A stretch of DNA of 63,326 nt, filler included, from Octopus bimaculoides (lineage: Eukaryota), in NCBI RefSeq assembly GCF_001194135.2. It is 2 parts of 2 records of this genome, joined end to end, with 100 filler letters (N's around TTAATTAATTAA, not from the genome) between each part and the next. Parts side by side here need not be neighbours in the genome. Positions count along the whole stretch, not along the records: positions 1 to 31,947 come from NC_068996.1; 1 more part is not named here. One strand, 5' to 3'. The translations under genes were made by a program, and so were the position numbers. The notes beneath the pieces were generated by a model, which made no database searches, was not told where the DNA came from, and was given only the letters and a program-made list of their open reading frames with translations. Shown here piece after piece: positions 1 to 12,155 of the stretch (position 1 is its first letter; each line of letters begins with the position of its first letter).

Positions 1-72
<72 letters not shown>

Positions 73-77
73 TGTAT

Positions 78-320
78 GAAGGCGCAGGAGTGGCTGTGTG
101 CTGAGAAGCTTAGTTCCGGGTTCAGTCCCTCTGCATGGCACCTTGGGTAAGTGTCTTTTAAGGGCCTACCAAAGCCTTGTGAGTGGATTTCGTACATTAT
201 TTATGTCTGTATGTCTGTATTTGTCCCCTCACCATCGATGTTACTGTGTTCTACTAAAGGTGTTGCTCCAGCATGGCCGCTGTCAAATGACAAAAAAGTA
301 AAAGAATAAAAGGATAAAAG
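78..320 (+). mobile_element. SINE family A (tRNA-like head gcaggagtggctgtgtg..., 'ccttgggcaagtg' block, tail ...gctccagcatggccgc...aaagaataaaag), internally deleted copy
   Basis: Head, body and tail blocks recur in more than 20 places in the window. Confidence 0.8.
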
Positions 321-581
321 GATATGTATTTACATATACGTATAAATGCATATATGCATATGTGAGTGTGTAACATGCCATTAAGGAAAAGGAAACGGAC
401 ACGGTTATTGTCTGGAGATAAAAGAGTAGGTGTTCAGAATACGTTTTCTATCTCCATAGCCATCATCAGCACAACAACTGCTTGATATCGTCGTCTGTAG
501 CCGAGAAACTTACACTTTACAAACTGCTGATTCTAGAGGTGGAGATAATATACACACATACACACATGCATACACACACAC

Positions 582-668
<87 letters not shown>

Positions 669-901
669 CATGTAGCGTCTTCAGTTGATAAGCAGGTTGC
701 TGCTCTAAAGATCATTACAAACACATCCCTCACTTTTCTCACTTTCACATGCTACTCTATCCTTTTTGTATTTCTCCTTTATTGATTGATGAGAACAATT
801 ATAAAGTGCCTTGTTATGCCCTTGACGGACATGGCTGTTTACTTCATATATGTATTTCCGGACAGCAAAGTTATTGACTTCTATCTTTTATCTTTGGTTC
901 A

Positions 902-1070
902 GAAGGCGGTGAGTTGGAAGAATACACGCCTAGGTAAAATGCTTACCGGCATTTTCGTCGTCCTTATGTCCTCAGTTTAAGTTCTATCGAGGTCGACTTT
1001 GCCTTTCATCCTTTAGGGAGTCGATGAAATAAATACCAGTTACGCAATGGTGGCGATGTAATAGACTAGC
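902..1070 (+). mobile_element. SINE family B (head aaggcggtgag(c/t)tggcagaa, B-box-like gttc(t/g)ag, body gtcgactttgcctttcatcc...gtaccagtt)
   Basis: Same sequence at 10090-10300, 11245-11445, 12505-12690, 30105-30340 and 37400-37600. Confidence 0.8.
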
Positions 1071-1591
1071 CCCCCCCCCCCACCACCACCACCACNNNNN
1101 NNNNNNNNNNNNNNNNNNNNNNNNNNNNNNNNNNNNNNNNNNNNNNNNNNNNNNNNNNNNNNNNNNNNNNNNNNNNNNNNNNNNNNNNNNNNNNNNNNNN
1201 NNNNNNNNNNNNNNNNNNNNNNNNNNNNNNNNNNNNNNNNNNNNNNNNNNNNNNNNNNNNNNNNNNNNNNNNNNNNNNNNNNNNNNNNNNNNNNNNNNNN
1301 NNNNNNNNNNNNNNNNNNNNNNNNNNNNNNNNNNNNNNNNNNNNNNNNNNNNNNNNNNNNNNNNNNNNNNNNNNNNNNNNNNNNNNNNNNNNNNNNNNNN
1401 NNNNNNNNNNNNNNNNNNNNNNNNNNNNNNNNNNNNNNNNNNNNNNNNNNNNNNNNNNNNNNNNNNNNNNNNNNNNNNNNNNNNNNNNNNNNNNNNNNNN
1501 NNNNNNNNNNNNNNNNNNNNNNNNNNNNNNNNNNNNNNNNNNNNNNNNNNNNNNNNNNNNNNNNNNNNNNNNNNNNNNNNNNNNNNNNNNN

Positions 1592-1642
<51 letters not shown>

Positions 1643-1827
1643 CATACATGCATACATATATATATATATATAAATATATGCATACACACTCCCACACACA
1701 AACATATATCTATGTATGTTTGTAAGTATATAAGTATGTATGTTTTGTTTTATGTATGTATGTATGTATGCATGTATGTATGTATGTATGTATGTATGAA
1801 AGCATGTATATGTGTATATATATTAAT

Positions 1828-1995
1828 GGGCGTACTTACGACGGGTTCCTTCTAGCTTTTATCTACGAATTCGTCGCACGAGACTTTGGTTCAGTCCGGG
1901 GTTAGAGTAGAAGACATTTGTCCAAAGTACTGCGAAGTGGAACTGAACCCAATTCCCAATCATTGGGAAGCACACTTCTCGACAACAAAGACGCA
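1828..1995 (-). mobile_element. SINE family A, 5' half, diverged
   Basis: gtagaagaca...gtggaactgaaccc motif matches the family A reverse complement. Confidence 0.7.
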
Positions 1996-2204
1996 TAGAA
2001 TTTTACAATTTGTTTTTTCTCTTTATTTATTTATTTGCCTACGTCATCCGGCACCATATATTGCCTGTATTAATTATATCACCGTTCAGTACGTCACAAT
2101 TTACTATAAACATTATACTGCTTGTCGCTGATATATCAACTTTCTGGGAAGTTTATGCGCTAAAGTATTGTAAGCATAAGCAGAGCAAATAATAAATGAA
2201 TAGT

Positions 2205-2238
<34 letters not shown>

Positions 2239-3176
2239 CATATATATACATANNNNNNNNNNNNNNNNNNNNNNNNNNNNNNNNNNNNNNNNNNNNNNNN
2301 NNNNNNNNNNNNNNNNNNNNNNNNNNNNNNNNNNNNNNNNNNNNNNNNNNNNNNNNNNNNNNNNNNNNNNNNNNNNNNNNNNNNNNNNNNNNNNNNNNNN
2401 NNNNNNNNNNNNNNNNNNNNNNNNNNNNNNNNNNNNNNNNNNNNNNNNNNNNNNNNNNNNNNNNNNNNNNNNNNNNNNNNNNNNNNNNNNNNNNNNNNNN
2501 NNNNNNNNNNNNNNNNNNNNNNNNNNNNNNNNNNNNNNNNNNNNNNNNNNNNNNNNNNNNNNNNNNNNNNNNNNNNNNNNNNNNNNNNNNNNNNNNNNNN
2601 NNNNNNNNNNNNNNNNNNNNNNNNNNNNNNNNNNNNNNNNNNNNNNNNNNNNNNNNNNNNNNNNNNNNNNNNNNNNNNNNNNNNNNNNNNNNNNNNNNNN
2701 NNNNNNNNNNNNNNNNNNNNNNNNNNNNNNNNNNNNNNNNNNNNNNNNNNNNNNNNNNNNNNNNNNNNNNNNNNNNNNNNNNNNNNNNNNNNNNNNNNNN
2801 NNNNNNNNNNNNNNNNNNNNNNNNNNNNNNNNNNNNNNNNNNNNNNNNNNNNNNNNNNNNNNNNNNNNNNNNNNNNNNNNNNNNNNNNNNNNNNNNNNNN
2901 NNNNNNNNNNNNNNNNNNNNNNNNNNNNNNNNNNNNNNNNNNNNNNNNNNNNNNNNNNNNNNNNNNNNNNNNNNNNNNNNNNNNNNNNNNNNNNNNNNNN
3001 NNNNNNNNNNNNNNNNNNNNNNNNNNNNNNNNNNNNNNNNNNNNNNNNNNNNNNNNNNNNNNNNNNNNNNNNNNNNNNNTGTATAGGCATGTATGTATTA
3101 TTTAACATGTATATATGTATATGCATATACATGTGTATACACATATACACATATATATATATGTACATATACACAC

Positions 3177-3266
<90 letters not shown>

Positions 3267-3879
3267 GTATATGTATGTATGTATCTATCAATCTATCTAT
3301 TTATCTATCTATCTAACTATATCTATCTATATATCCATCTTTATATATATATAAACGCTACACATATATTCATAACGGTGTGTACTTTCTTTCGTTTACC
3401 TTCTGAATTAAAATTCTCAAATTGTGATATGATAAACAAGAAAAAGCCCAACATTCAAATTTAAACATTCTATGCTAATATATTTTATCCCGCATCAACG
3501 ACATAAATTTATATTTTCATATTACATCTATTTTAGGAACAACTCTCAGTGTTCACTGCTGTATATTTAGCTAACAGACAAATAAGGCATGTCAAATACC
3601 ATGTAACATAGATTCTTGGTTTATTAAAATTATCTTCGCCTCTAGAAGTTGTTTTATAGTTATGGTAATTAAGAATTGCGCCATTTGAGAAGGGGAGATA
3701 ATCTCACCATTCATGAATTTCTACAAAGTAGACATGCCATTGACGAAAAGAAAAGGACACAGGTATTGTCTGGAGCTGGAAGGATACGTATTCTGGATAC
3801 GTGTTTCTGCCTTAATAGCCGTCATCAGTACAACAACTGTCCAACCTTGTCATCTGTAGCCAAAGGACTTAGAATTTGC

Positions 3880-4175
3880 AAATTGGCGATCCGATCAACG
3901 GAACAGCATGCTCGTGAAATTAAGGTACAAGTAACTGAGCATTCCACAGACAGGTGTACACTTAACATAGTTCCCGGGGAGATTCAGCATGTCACAGAAT
4001 GTAACAAGGTTGGCCCTTTTAATTACAGATGCAACTCATTTTTACAAGCTGTTTGGAACTGGAGCAACATGAAATAAAGTATCTTGTTGAAGGACATAAC
4101 GCGACACCGGGAATCGAACTCACGACCTTACGATCTTGAGCCGAATACGCTAACCACTAACCCACGTACTTTCAC
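3880..4175 (-). mobile_element. SINE family C (tRNA-derived head plus CORE-like block plus shared 3' domain)
   Basis: Minus-strand A-box/B-box-like head (ttagtggttagc...gagttcgattcc); colinear with 30945-31270. Confidence 0.8.
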
Positions 4176-5344
4176 TCATAAATGTATGCAACATGATATT
4201 CGTTAAAAAAATTAACCTCAAATTGATTATTTCTATAATTTGAAATACCGCCATGTTCCTTTATTTCATGTTCCTTTGTTCCGCCATGTTTTCTTTCCGC
4301 CACATAGATTAATAATTACAGTGATTTATGAAGCTATTTCCTTATTTTCTTATTTATATTCATTCCTTAATGTATAGCTATTTTAATTATTCCCTGTCAT
4401 GATCAATCTGCGCATACCCTTGCCTTTTATTTAGTCTTGTACCTACTGTTTCATTTGTTAGCTTTGAATTCGTTATCTTTCAAATATGAATTTCTTCAAA
4501 TTAATAACTGCAATCTTTTATCACGACCCTATCACAGAAGAAACGGAATTCTTGGATTGTTTTATCAAATAATTAATTTTCTATAAGCAACGCAAATTAC
4601 TGTTATTGAAACCAAGAACTACTATCAATGGTTATATGCCAATTATTTTTTGCATTCAAATTAGACATCAGAAAGTATCTTGAGTAAAACATTCCGTTCG
4701 AGGTGAGCAAGCAGCTCAGCAGGTTTTCCATCTATAGTAACACATCTTTCTGTATCAACCTTGTCACTTCGTTCATAAACACGGAAGATACCGCACTCAG
4801 CAAATAGAGAAAGGAATTGTCTTAGTAGGAGTCAATAAGAGACCTCCGGTGTCCTCGGCTTCGAAACTGCTCTTCTTATGTATGAAATTGAGAAAGAGGC
4901 GCCGCATACAGGGAAAGAAACTGCATATAGAATATCGAATGAAGCGAATATCGATGGTGGTTCTTTGCAGTAACACATTTGCAAACATATCCTTCGGGTT
5001 TACGTAAGAGAAATTGAAATATAATATTTGTTTGTTTGTGTATATTTTAGTGAAAATGCATACAAATATTTGATTTATGAGATATACATATATTATAATC
5101 ACTAAATGAGCCCATAAAAAAATATATTGTTTAATAGAAAAATCGATTGTTTCTGATATTTTGAAAATTGTAAATATAGTTTTATCGTATGATATAATCA
5201 ATCACGATTAAACTTATAAAAAGTATAACGTTCTTTAATTAATGTAATCTGTATTTCATCATTTTATATTCAGAATACTGTATAGATAGTTAGAAAGTGA
5301 TTAACATATATTATATCATATCCTATGACCCTCGCGCACGCACA

Positions 5345-5620
5345 CATATTCACCTCCCTTTTTCACTCTCCTGTCTTAGAAAGAACTTTTCCTCCACCAC
5401 TTCCTCTTCCTGTCCTTCCACAATGTAACCTCGTGGGCATCGGTGCCGATTTTTTTCTTCCTCCGTTTTTCCATTCTTCGAACTTTCCTTGTTTCCGACG
5501 AAGGGCTCCGCCGGAAACGTCATGCTCTCTCTCTTTCCTTTCCCGAGCGTCTAATAACACTATCCGTATCACGTCCTCACGTTGTTGTTCTTTGTCATTG
5601 TTTTTTGTCTTTTTTTTTAC
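5345..5620 (+). mobile_element. Penelope-like element terminal (pseudo-LTR) segment with hammerhead motif
   Basis: Pyrimidine-rich segment containing gtttCCGACGAagggctccgccgGAAACGTC, followed by ttcccgagcgt, which is also found after the motif at 48.0 kb. Confidence 0.6.
5491..5525 (+). ncRNA. Minimal type I hammerhead ribozyme motif (degenerate, U4C variant core)
   Basis: gttt-CCGACGA-A-gggc(tcc)gccg-GAAAC-GTC-atgc; palindromic ACGT stem III typical of Penelope-associated hammerheads; stems I and II imperfect. Confidence 0.5.
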
Positions 5621-5642
5621 CTATATATATATATATATTCAT

Positions 5643-5773
5643 ACACTCTCAAGAATTTTAACAGCCCAAGGCTATAGTAGAAGACACTTGCCCAAGATGC
5701 GACGCAGCGAGATTGAACCCAGAACCATGTGGTTGATAAGGAGACTTCTGACAACACGGCAGCGGCTGCGCCT
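5643..5773 (-). mobile_element. SINE family A 5' half
   Basis: ggctatagtagaagacacttgcccaag...gaacccagaaccatgtgg. Confidence 0.8.
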
Positions 5774-5823
5774 GTATATGTATATATATATATATATATG
5801 CACATGTATATTATATGTATATC

Positions 5824-6140
5824 TAACGAGCCATCCCATAAATAACGTGATTTTTTTAATTGCCTGCACTAAAATCGGAAGTGGACGGAAGTGGATTTCG
5901 TACATCAACTACCTGCATCAACTTGCTATAAAAGCAGGTAGTAATTTTACCTTGTGTTTTTTTTCTTTTATTGCAAGGTTTTTGAAAAGTGCAATTCGAC
6001 TTTAACGGTTATTTTTTTTTCAAAGCTAGAATGGAAGTGACAAATGAGCATATTCGGCATATTTTGCTTTATGAATTCAATAACGGCAACAGCACAAAGG
6101 AAAGTGCGAGGAATATTAATGCACTCTATAGGGATCAGAC
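5824..6140 (+). mobile_element. Tc1/mariner 5' fragment (left end plus transposase N-terminus)
   Basis: 6031 onward translates MEVTNEHIRHILLYEFNNGNSTKESARNINALYRDQ, resembling the mariner N-terminal HTH; truncated. Confidence 0.8.
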
Positions 6141-7229
6141 AGCCTTTTACCTAAATTAGAAACCAACATCAGGTAAATAGTTCAAGGTATTTTCGGTTAT
6201 TTCGGTGTTTCGGTTGTTTGTTTGTTTCCTTCCAACGAAAGGAAAATATAGATATTGGCGTTCAGTTTTCCAAGCTTGTTAAAATGATGGAATCCTCTAT
6301 AAGTGTAACAGAATCCAGTGAAAGTGAAATGGTGGTAGTGTAAGTCTTTATGTCTCAGATCTATTGAACTTAACTGTAAAGTGGACTACTTCGTTTTACC
6401 AAACACATTCATTGTTGGATAGTGAGTTTTAAGGGATTTATGAAGAAAGTGACGAATTAAGTAAAATGGTTTGGTACGCATAGACTGGAATTTTTTGAGG
6501 AAAAATTAATGAGCGAAAAACAAACACAGGAAATAATCCATCGATCTTTTGCATAAAGAGCTCTAAAGGTAAATAATACAACTGAATAAGTATATCAGTT
6601 ATTGAAGAACATCAATTCAATATAAAAAGGACATGACTCATTCTTATCACGTTTAATCAGAATACAACGAGTATAAAACAAAACCAAAAAAAAAGAGTAA
6701 GATTAGGTGGTCGTTAACGACGCAGTTCGACCTGTAAATGCATCCAAAAGGTAAAAATATCATCAAGAACCATCTAAGAAGCCAATAGGTAGACGGTCGA
6801 TCGGCTTGTAGTAGCAACCCCAAAATAAGAAAGAATCCATTTTAATGACATTACATCTGGTAAAAGGCAATATTACACTGGATAATGTAGTCCTAGATAC
6901 ATTATTTCTGAAAATAAAAAGAACGATATCATCAAAGCTGAAAAGTATTTGATTTTAAGCTTATTACCACAAGCTTGATTTCAAATTGGTGTTCAGCAAC
7001 AAATGAAGAACACATTGGATTATGTAGCCCAAACTTTCTTTCTTCTGTTACGGTGCAAAAAATAGTAAAGCGGGATGGCCAAGATTAGAACGTCATTGAT
7101 CTCAATTTTAAAGGATCAATCTTGTCCTGAAGTTAAGCACTATCGTTATCAACTAAAATATCACTTTTTCAATGATATCCATGAAATATTCCATTTGCAA
7201 GAAACTGCTTTATCTACGATTCCGTCCAG

Positions 7230-7301
7230 TATTTTTCACAAAAGACACCAAGAATCTGAAGACACTGAATGGTAGCATTCCAAATATACTTTCCGAAATA
7301 G
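7230..7301 (+). other. Candidate 72-nt phase 1-1 exon (FFTKDTKNLKTLNGSIPNILSEI)
   Basis: tccgtccag| acceptor, ag|gtataa donor, frame open; no partner exons identified. Confidence 0.2.
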
Positions 7302-7553
7302 GTATAATGTATTTAATTTGTTTTTTCTTTATAAAGAGATTTCCCTTTTCTCGCTATTTTAAACATTAATTATATTATATTATTCTTATACTGTTATTCA
7401 TTGCTTCTTTTTATTTTTAGTGGAAGTGAGAGGTGTCACATTTCCCTTACTGGTGAATATGTAAGCTCACAACCAATAAGAAAACATAATTTATCTTCAC
7501 GCTTTTTGCTTCCCTTATCGCAGGAACGAATGTAACAATTCAGAGTTACAGGA

Positions 7554-7594
<41 letters not shown>

Positions 7595-7604
7595 NNNNNN
7601 NNNN

Positions 7605-7647
<43 letters not shown>

Positions 7648-7648
<1 letters not shown>

Positions 7649-8097
7649 GTACAGCAAATATTCTGCTCAATACCAGAGATTTGCTTGTCAGTTGATTGAC
7701 CTTGGTGGCTGACGATATGTGCATCTCTGATCATGAGCAGAAGTAGTGGGAGAGCATTAAAGGCACGTGCTGAGAGGAATTCTTTGGGGTTTGGATAATT
7801 CACCTTTGGAAACATGGGTGTTTTGATCAACATCCTTAAACAAACCTTATTCAGGGACATTTTCAGCGGGATGGGCTAGTCGACCTGAAGAAAATTCTAA
7901 CTGGGCCTCATCTGCAATGTCATGCGCTGTTTATCTTGATATCAGAATACTGTGTCGCGCACATACGATTGTGATGTATGGGCCTGCTATACCCTTATCA
8001 GGCGTGTATTCCGTGTATTCATAATGGATATGTTGGGCTTCGTATATTTGTACCCAAATGTAACTTTGATGGCATGCGCTGTTCTCTGAGTCAACAC
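7648..8097 (+). mobile_element. Interspersed repeat, probably the 3' non-coding segment of a non-LTR retroelement
   Basis: GC-richer 450-bp block bounded by (GAT)n and (ACT)n trinucleotide tracts; resembles an abundant octopod repeat from memory. Confidence 0.5.
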
Positions 8098-8111
8098 TAC
8101 TACTACTACTG

Positions 8112-8143
<32 letters not shown>

Positions 8144-9105
8144 GCTGCTAATANNNNNNNNNNNNNNNNNNNNNNNNNNNNNNNNNNNNNNNNNNNNNNN
8201 NNNNNNNNNNNNNNNNNNNNNNNNNNNNNNNNNNNNNNNNNNNNNNNNNNNNNNNNNNNNNNNNNNNNNNNNNNNNNNNNNNNNNNNNNNNNNNNNNNNN
8301 NNNNNNNNNNNNNNNNNNNNNNNNNNNNNNNNNNNNNNNNNNNNNNNNNNNNNNNNNNNNNNNNNNNNNNNNNNNNNNNNNNNNNNNNNNNNNNNNNNNN
8401 NNNNNNNNNNNNNNNNNNNNNNNNNNNNNNNNNNNNNNNNNNNNNNNNNNNNNNNNNNNNNNNNNNNNNNNNNNNNNNNNNNNNNNNNNNNNNNNNNNNN
8501 NNNNNNNNNNNNNNNNNNNNNNNNNNNNNNNNNNNNNNNNNNNNNNNNNNNNNNNNNNNNNNNNNNNNNNNNNNNNNNNNNNNNNNNNNNNNNNNNNNNN
8601 NNNNNNNNNNNNNNNNNNNNNNNNNNNNNNNNNNNNNNNNNNNNNNNNNNNNNNNNNNNNNNNNNNNNNNNNNNNNNNNNNNNNNNNNNNNNNNNNNNNN
8701 NNNNNNNNNNNNNNNNNNNNNNNNNNNNNNNNNNNNNNNNNNNNNNNNNNNNNNNNNNNNNNNNNNNNNNNNNNNNNNNNNNNNNNNNNNNNNNNNNNNN
8801 NNNNNNNNNNNNNNNNNNNNNNNNNNNNNNNNNNNNNNNNNNNNNNNNNNNNNNNNNNNNNNNNNNNNNNNNNNNNNNNNNNNNNNNNNNNNNNNNNNNN
8901 NNNNNNNNNNNNNNNNNNNNNNNNNNNNNNNNNNNNNNNNNNNNNNNNNNNNNNNNNNNNNNNNNNNNNNNNNNNNNNNNNNNNNNNNNNNNNNNNNNNN
9001 NNNNNNNNNNNNNNNNNNNNNNNNNNNNNNNNNNNNATAATAATAATAATAATAAGAAAAAGAAGAAGAAGAAGAAGAAGAAGAAGAAGAAGAAGAATTG
9101 TTTTA

Positions 9106-9404
9106 ATTCCTATCATAGTAGGTGCCTTAGGTATAATAAAAAAATATTCAGACAAATACATAACAAAAATACCAGGACTTACAAATATATATAACATACA
9201 GAAAATTGCACTACTGGGTACTGCACACATTCTACGCAAAACACTTTCAATACAGTAAACATAAGAGCACCACAGCAAACCACAGCACATACCCAAAGCA
9301 CACAGAGCTGCGCTCGGTAGTGAAGTGAAAGCACGTTATAAAAATAAAACTACTGAACAATAATAATAATAATAATATGATGATGATGATGATGATGATG
9401 ATGA
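9106..9404 (+). mobile_element. R4/Dong-clade non-LTR retrotransposon 3' end (restriction-like endonuclease C-terminus, 3' UTR, (AAT)n/(GAT)n tail)
   Basis: 9106-9258 translates IPIIVGALGIIKKYSDKYITKIPGLTNIYNIQKIALLGTAHILRKTLSIQ*, matching the P-I-I-V-G-A-L-G...QK-ALLGTA-ILRK signature; open frame, 5' truncated. Confidence 0.85.
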
Positions 9405-9895
9405 AAAAGAGGAAACTTCTCATATCTAACTTTTGTAAGGTTTAATAACTAACGAATATATATCACACATCATATATAAATACTAGCGCTACTCTTAAAA
9501 AACTATTACAACAACAGTTCGACGACAACCGTTACAGCCATATCATGCATTAAAAACAACGACAATAGCACCAACATAGATCCCATCTGATACGAACAGA
9601 AACTGATATAACTAACTAAATAAATAGATAAAAACATGGTTTTGTAACATAATGCATGGAATATTTTGGTTTTGTAGCACCGACTGAAATATTAATACGT
9701 ACTGTTACGATTCCAAGGCAACTGAAGAATCTTATAAATACTTAAGATGGTTCCAGATATAAAATACTTGCAAATTCCCATGTGCACACATACATATATA
9801 TATGCACACTTGTATAAGCGCAAATATTCAAGCATTCATACATACATGCATACATATACAACCATCAACCCACACATATGTACACACACCATATT

Positions 9896-9939
<44 letters not shown>

Positions 9940-10089
9940 NNNNNNNNNNNNNNNNNNNNNNNNNNNNNNNNNNNNNNNNNNNNNNNNNNNNNNNNNNNNN
10001 NNNNNNNNNNNNNNNNNNNNNNNNNNNNNNNNNNNNNNNTTATTATTATCATCATCATCATCATCATCATTATTATTATTATTATTATC

Positions 10090-10300
10090 TTTTCTACTCT
10101 AGGCAGAAAGCCCGAAACTGTTGGGGAGTTGGGCCGTCGATTAGATCGACATCTGTACGCAACTGGTACTTAATTTATCGACCTCGAAAGAATGAAAGGC
10201 AAAATCGGCCTCAGCGGAATTTGAACTGAGAACGTAAAGACAAACGAAATGCCGCTTAGCATTTCGCCCAGCGTGCTAACGTTTCTGGCAGGTCACCGCC
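10090..10300 (-). mobile_element. SINE family B
   Basis: Reverse complement of the family B consensus. Confidence 0.85.
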
Positions 10301-10304
10301 ATTA

Positions 10305-10387
10305 TAATAGTAACAACAGCCCACAACAACAACCACAACCACAACAACAACAACAACAACAACAACAAAAACAACAACAACAACAAC

Positions 10388-10444
<57 letters not shown>

Positions 10445-10445
10445 A

Positions 10446-10498
<53 letters not shown>

Positions 10499-10530
10499 CC
10501 TTATTATTGTTATTGTTATTATTATTATTA
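10305..10530. repeat. Compound (AAC)n/(AAT)n/(TTA)n microsatellite
   Basis: Direct reading. Confidence 0.95.
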
Positions 10531-10544
10531 TTTCTCTTTTTCAC

Positions 10545-10840
10545 AGGTTTTGTTGGAACTCCTGGAGTCATGCATGCATAGCGGGTTTGCTACCTGCAGC
10601 CTAGATTATCATGTTATTCGTTCTTTTCACCTATCTGATACTTTCCTGATTATTCTGGCCGTGCCAAGGAGGCCAACCTTTTATAACATTTCTACTGGGT
10701 ACTCTATTTCAGTTTCCTTTATATTCCTCTTGATGCCTTCTGATACTGTTCTCAAGGACCTAACAATAATTGGCACTATCTTCACCTTCATTTTCCATAG
10801 CTGGGATATTTCATACTTAAGAGTGTTGTATCTCTCTCTG

Positions 10841-10925
<85 letters not shown>

Positions 10926-11194
10926 TTCCACATTCCTTCTTGACTATTCATGAGTCAACGTGACATGCAACATCAACTATGCAGCATATGTGGTGTATCT
11001 TGTCCACTACCACTAGATCCAGTCTTTTTTGCTCTGGCATCCGTCTGTTTGAACTGGGAAATCCCAGAGGATTTTGCAGGTCTCTGATTACACCACTCTC
11101 TGCGGTTTGTGCTTATCCCACGTCTTGCTTCTCTCTATTCCCCCACTTTTCGCACAGTTTCCAATGTAGAACTTGCGCTACATGATCTTGTTTA

Positions 11195-11195
<1 letters not shown>
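10545..11195 (-). mobile_element. R4/Dong-clade non-LTR retrotransposon, decayed C-terminal region, interrupted by (CT)n at 10831-10921
   Basis: Minus strand, across stops and frameshifts: DHVAQVLHWKLC...KILWDFPVQTD...RLDLVVVDK...IVDVA...YNTLKYEISQLWKMKVKIVPIIV...KVGLLGTARIIRK; AAT tracts on both sides. Confidence 0.85.
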
Positions 11196-11244
<49 letters not shown>

Positions 11245-11445
11245 GAGGCGACAGGGTGGCAGAACTGTTAGTACCCCGGAAAAATACTTAACGCCTGAAT
11301 GCAAATGCTGCCAAGGACGATTTAGCATTTCATCCTTTTAGGATTGATTAAATAAATACCAAACAAGTACTGATTACTAGTGTCGATGAAATCAACTTCG
11401 CTCCTCCTCTCAAGTCTGTTGGCCTTGTGTCAATGTTTGGAACCA
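11245..11445 (+). mobile_element. SINE family B, diverged
   Basis: gaggcgacagggtggcagaactgttag head; gccttgtgtc...gaacc tail. Confidence 0.7.
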
Positions 11446-11529
11446 TTACTGAAGGGAAATTTGGCTGCTATTTTTAGCATATCATGAAAGATGTTCGTTG
11501 TTTTTATCGTTTGATTTTGATGTTGTTCA

Positions 11530-12040
11530 TTTTTTTTTTACTGTTATATTTCTTTCAGTGTTGTCGTTATGGCTACGTTCCTTTAACCGTATTCGCTGAT
11601 ACTGTTCAGCTGCAGGCCATTTTTGATCTGTCCAAAACGTTCCAATCGAGACCATCAAAGTTATTCTTTAGAATACACCTACATCTGAGATTTCATTATT
11701 CGCTGTATCATTCCTTTCTTGAGACGGCTGGTTAAGCTTCCACATTAAATAGTGCACATCTGTAATGAACGGCATTCCAACTAGGACCGTTTCATTTATT
11801 TTTAAAGCCACAGTGTACCTGGGACAATATGTACTTTCTTTTAACGTAACATAGTGATGCGATTCAAGTAACATGTCGCTGTTGTTTCCAGCAGATAGAC
11901 CGCCTACATACACTATTCCTCATTCGTTCCGTTCAATGATCGTTTCTGTGATATAGTAAATTATTTCGAGTTAGTTGTTTAGTTCCAGGCTTGTCTTGGT
12001 CGACGCACTTATAATTATAAACAATCCAACCATGACCATT
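11530..12040 (-). pseudogene. Possible decayed reading frame of unknown identity
   Basis: About 170 codons with only 3 stops (MVMVGLFIIISAST...GIVYVGGLSAG...VLVGMPFIT...GTFWTDQKWP); family not recognised. Confidence 0.25.
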
Positions 12041-12155
12041 GATTCCTTCTTTTGTCTGTACGTCTATGACTGCATTATTAGCTACTACTCCCAGCAAGTT
12101 GAGTAGCCACATAAGTACATAACTTTTTTGTTTGTTGTTTGTTTTTGACACTCAC

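Noticed and set aside
3676-4077. 133-aa ORF
   Set aside because: It runs through an unclassified repeat and the antisense strand of a SINE; no protein features
4655-4990. Apparent coding repeat on the minus strand (QFLSLYA / QFLSLFA with synonymous-looking differences; VTIDGKP resembling small GTPases)
   Set aside because: The 104-nt spacing is out of frame, a second shared word (CVT) does not follow the period, and no GTPase motifs are present
5325-6005. 226-aa ORF
   Set aside because: It is a patchwork of a Penelope-like end, microsatellite, antisense SINE and mariner left end
11559-11730. Plus-strand exon candidate (tttcag| ... |gttaag)
   Set aside because: The one open frame resembles nothing recognisable, the donor is weak, and it overlaps the antisense of the stop-poor minus frame
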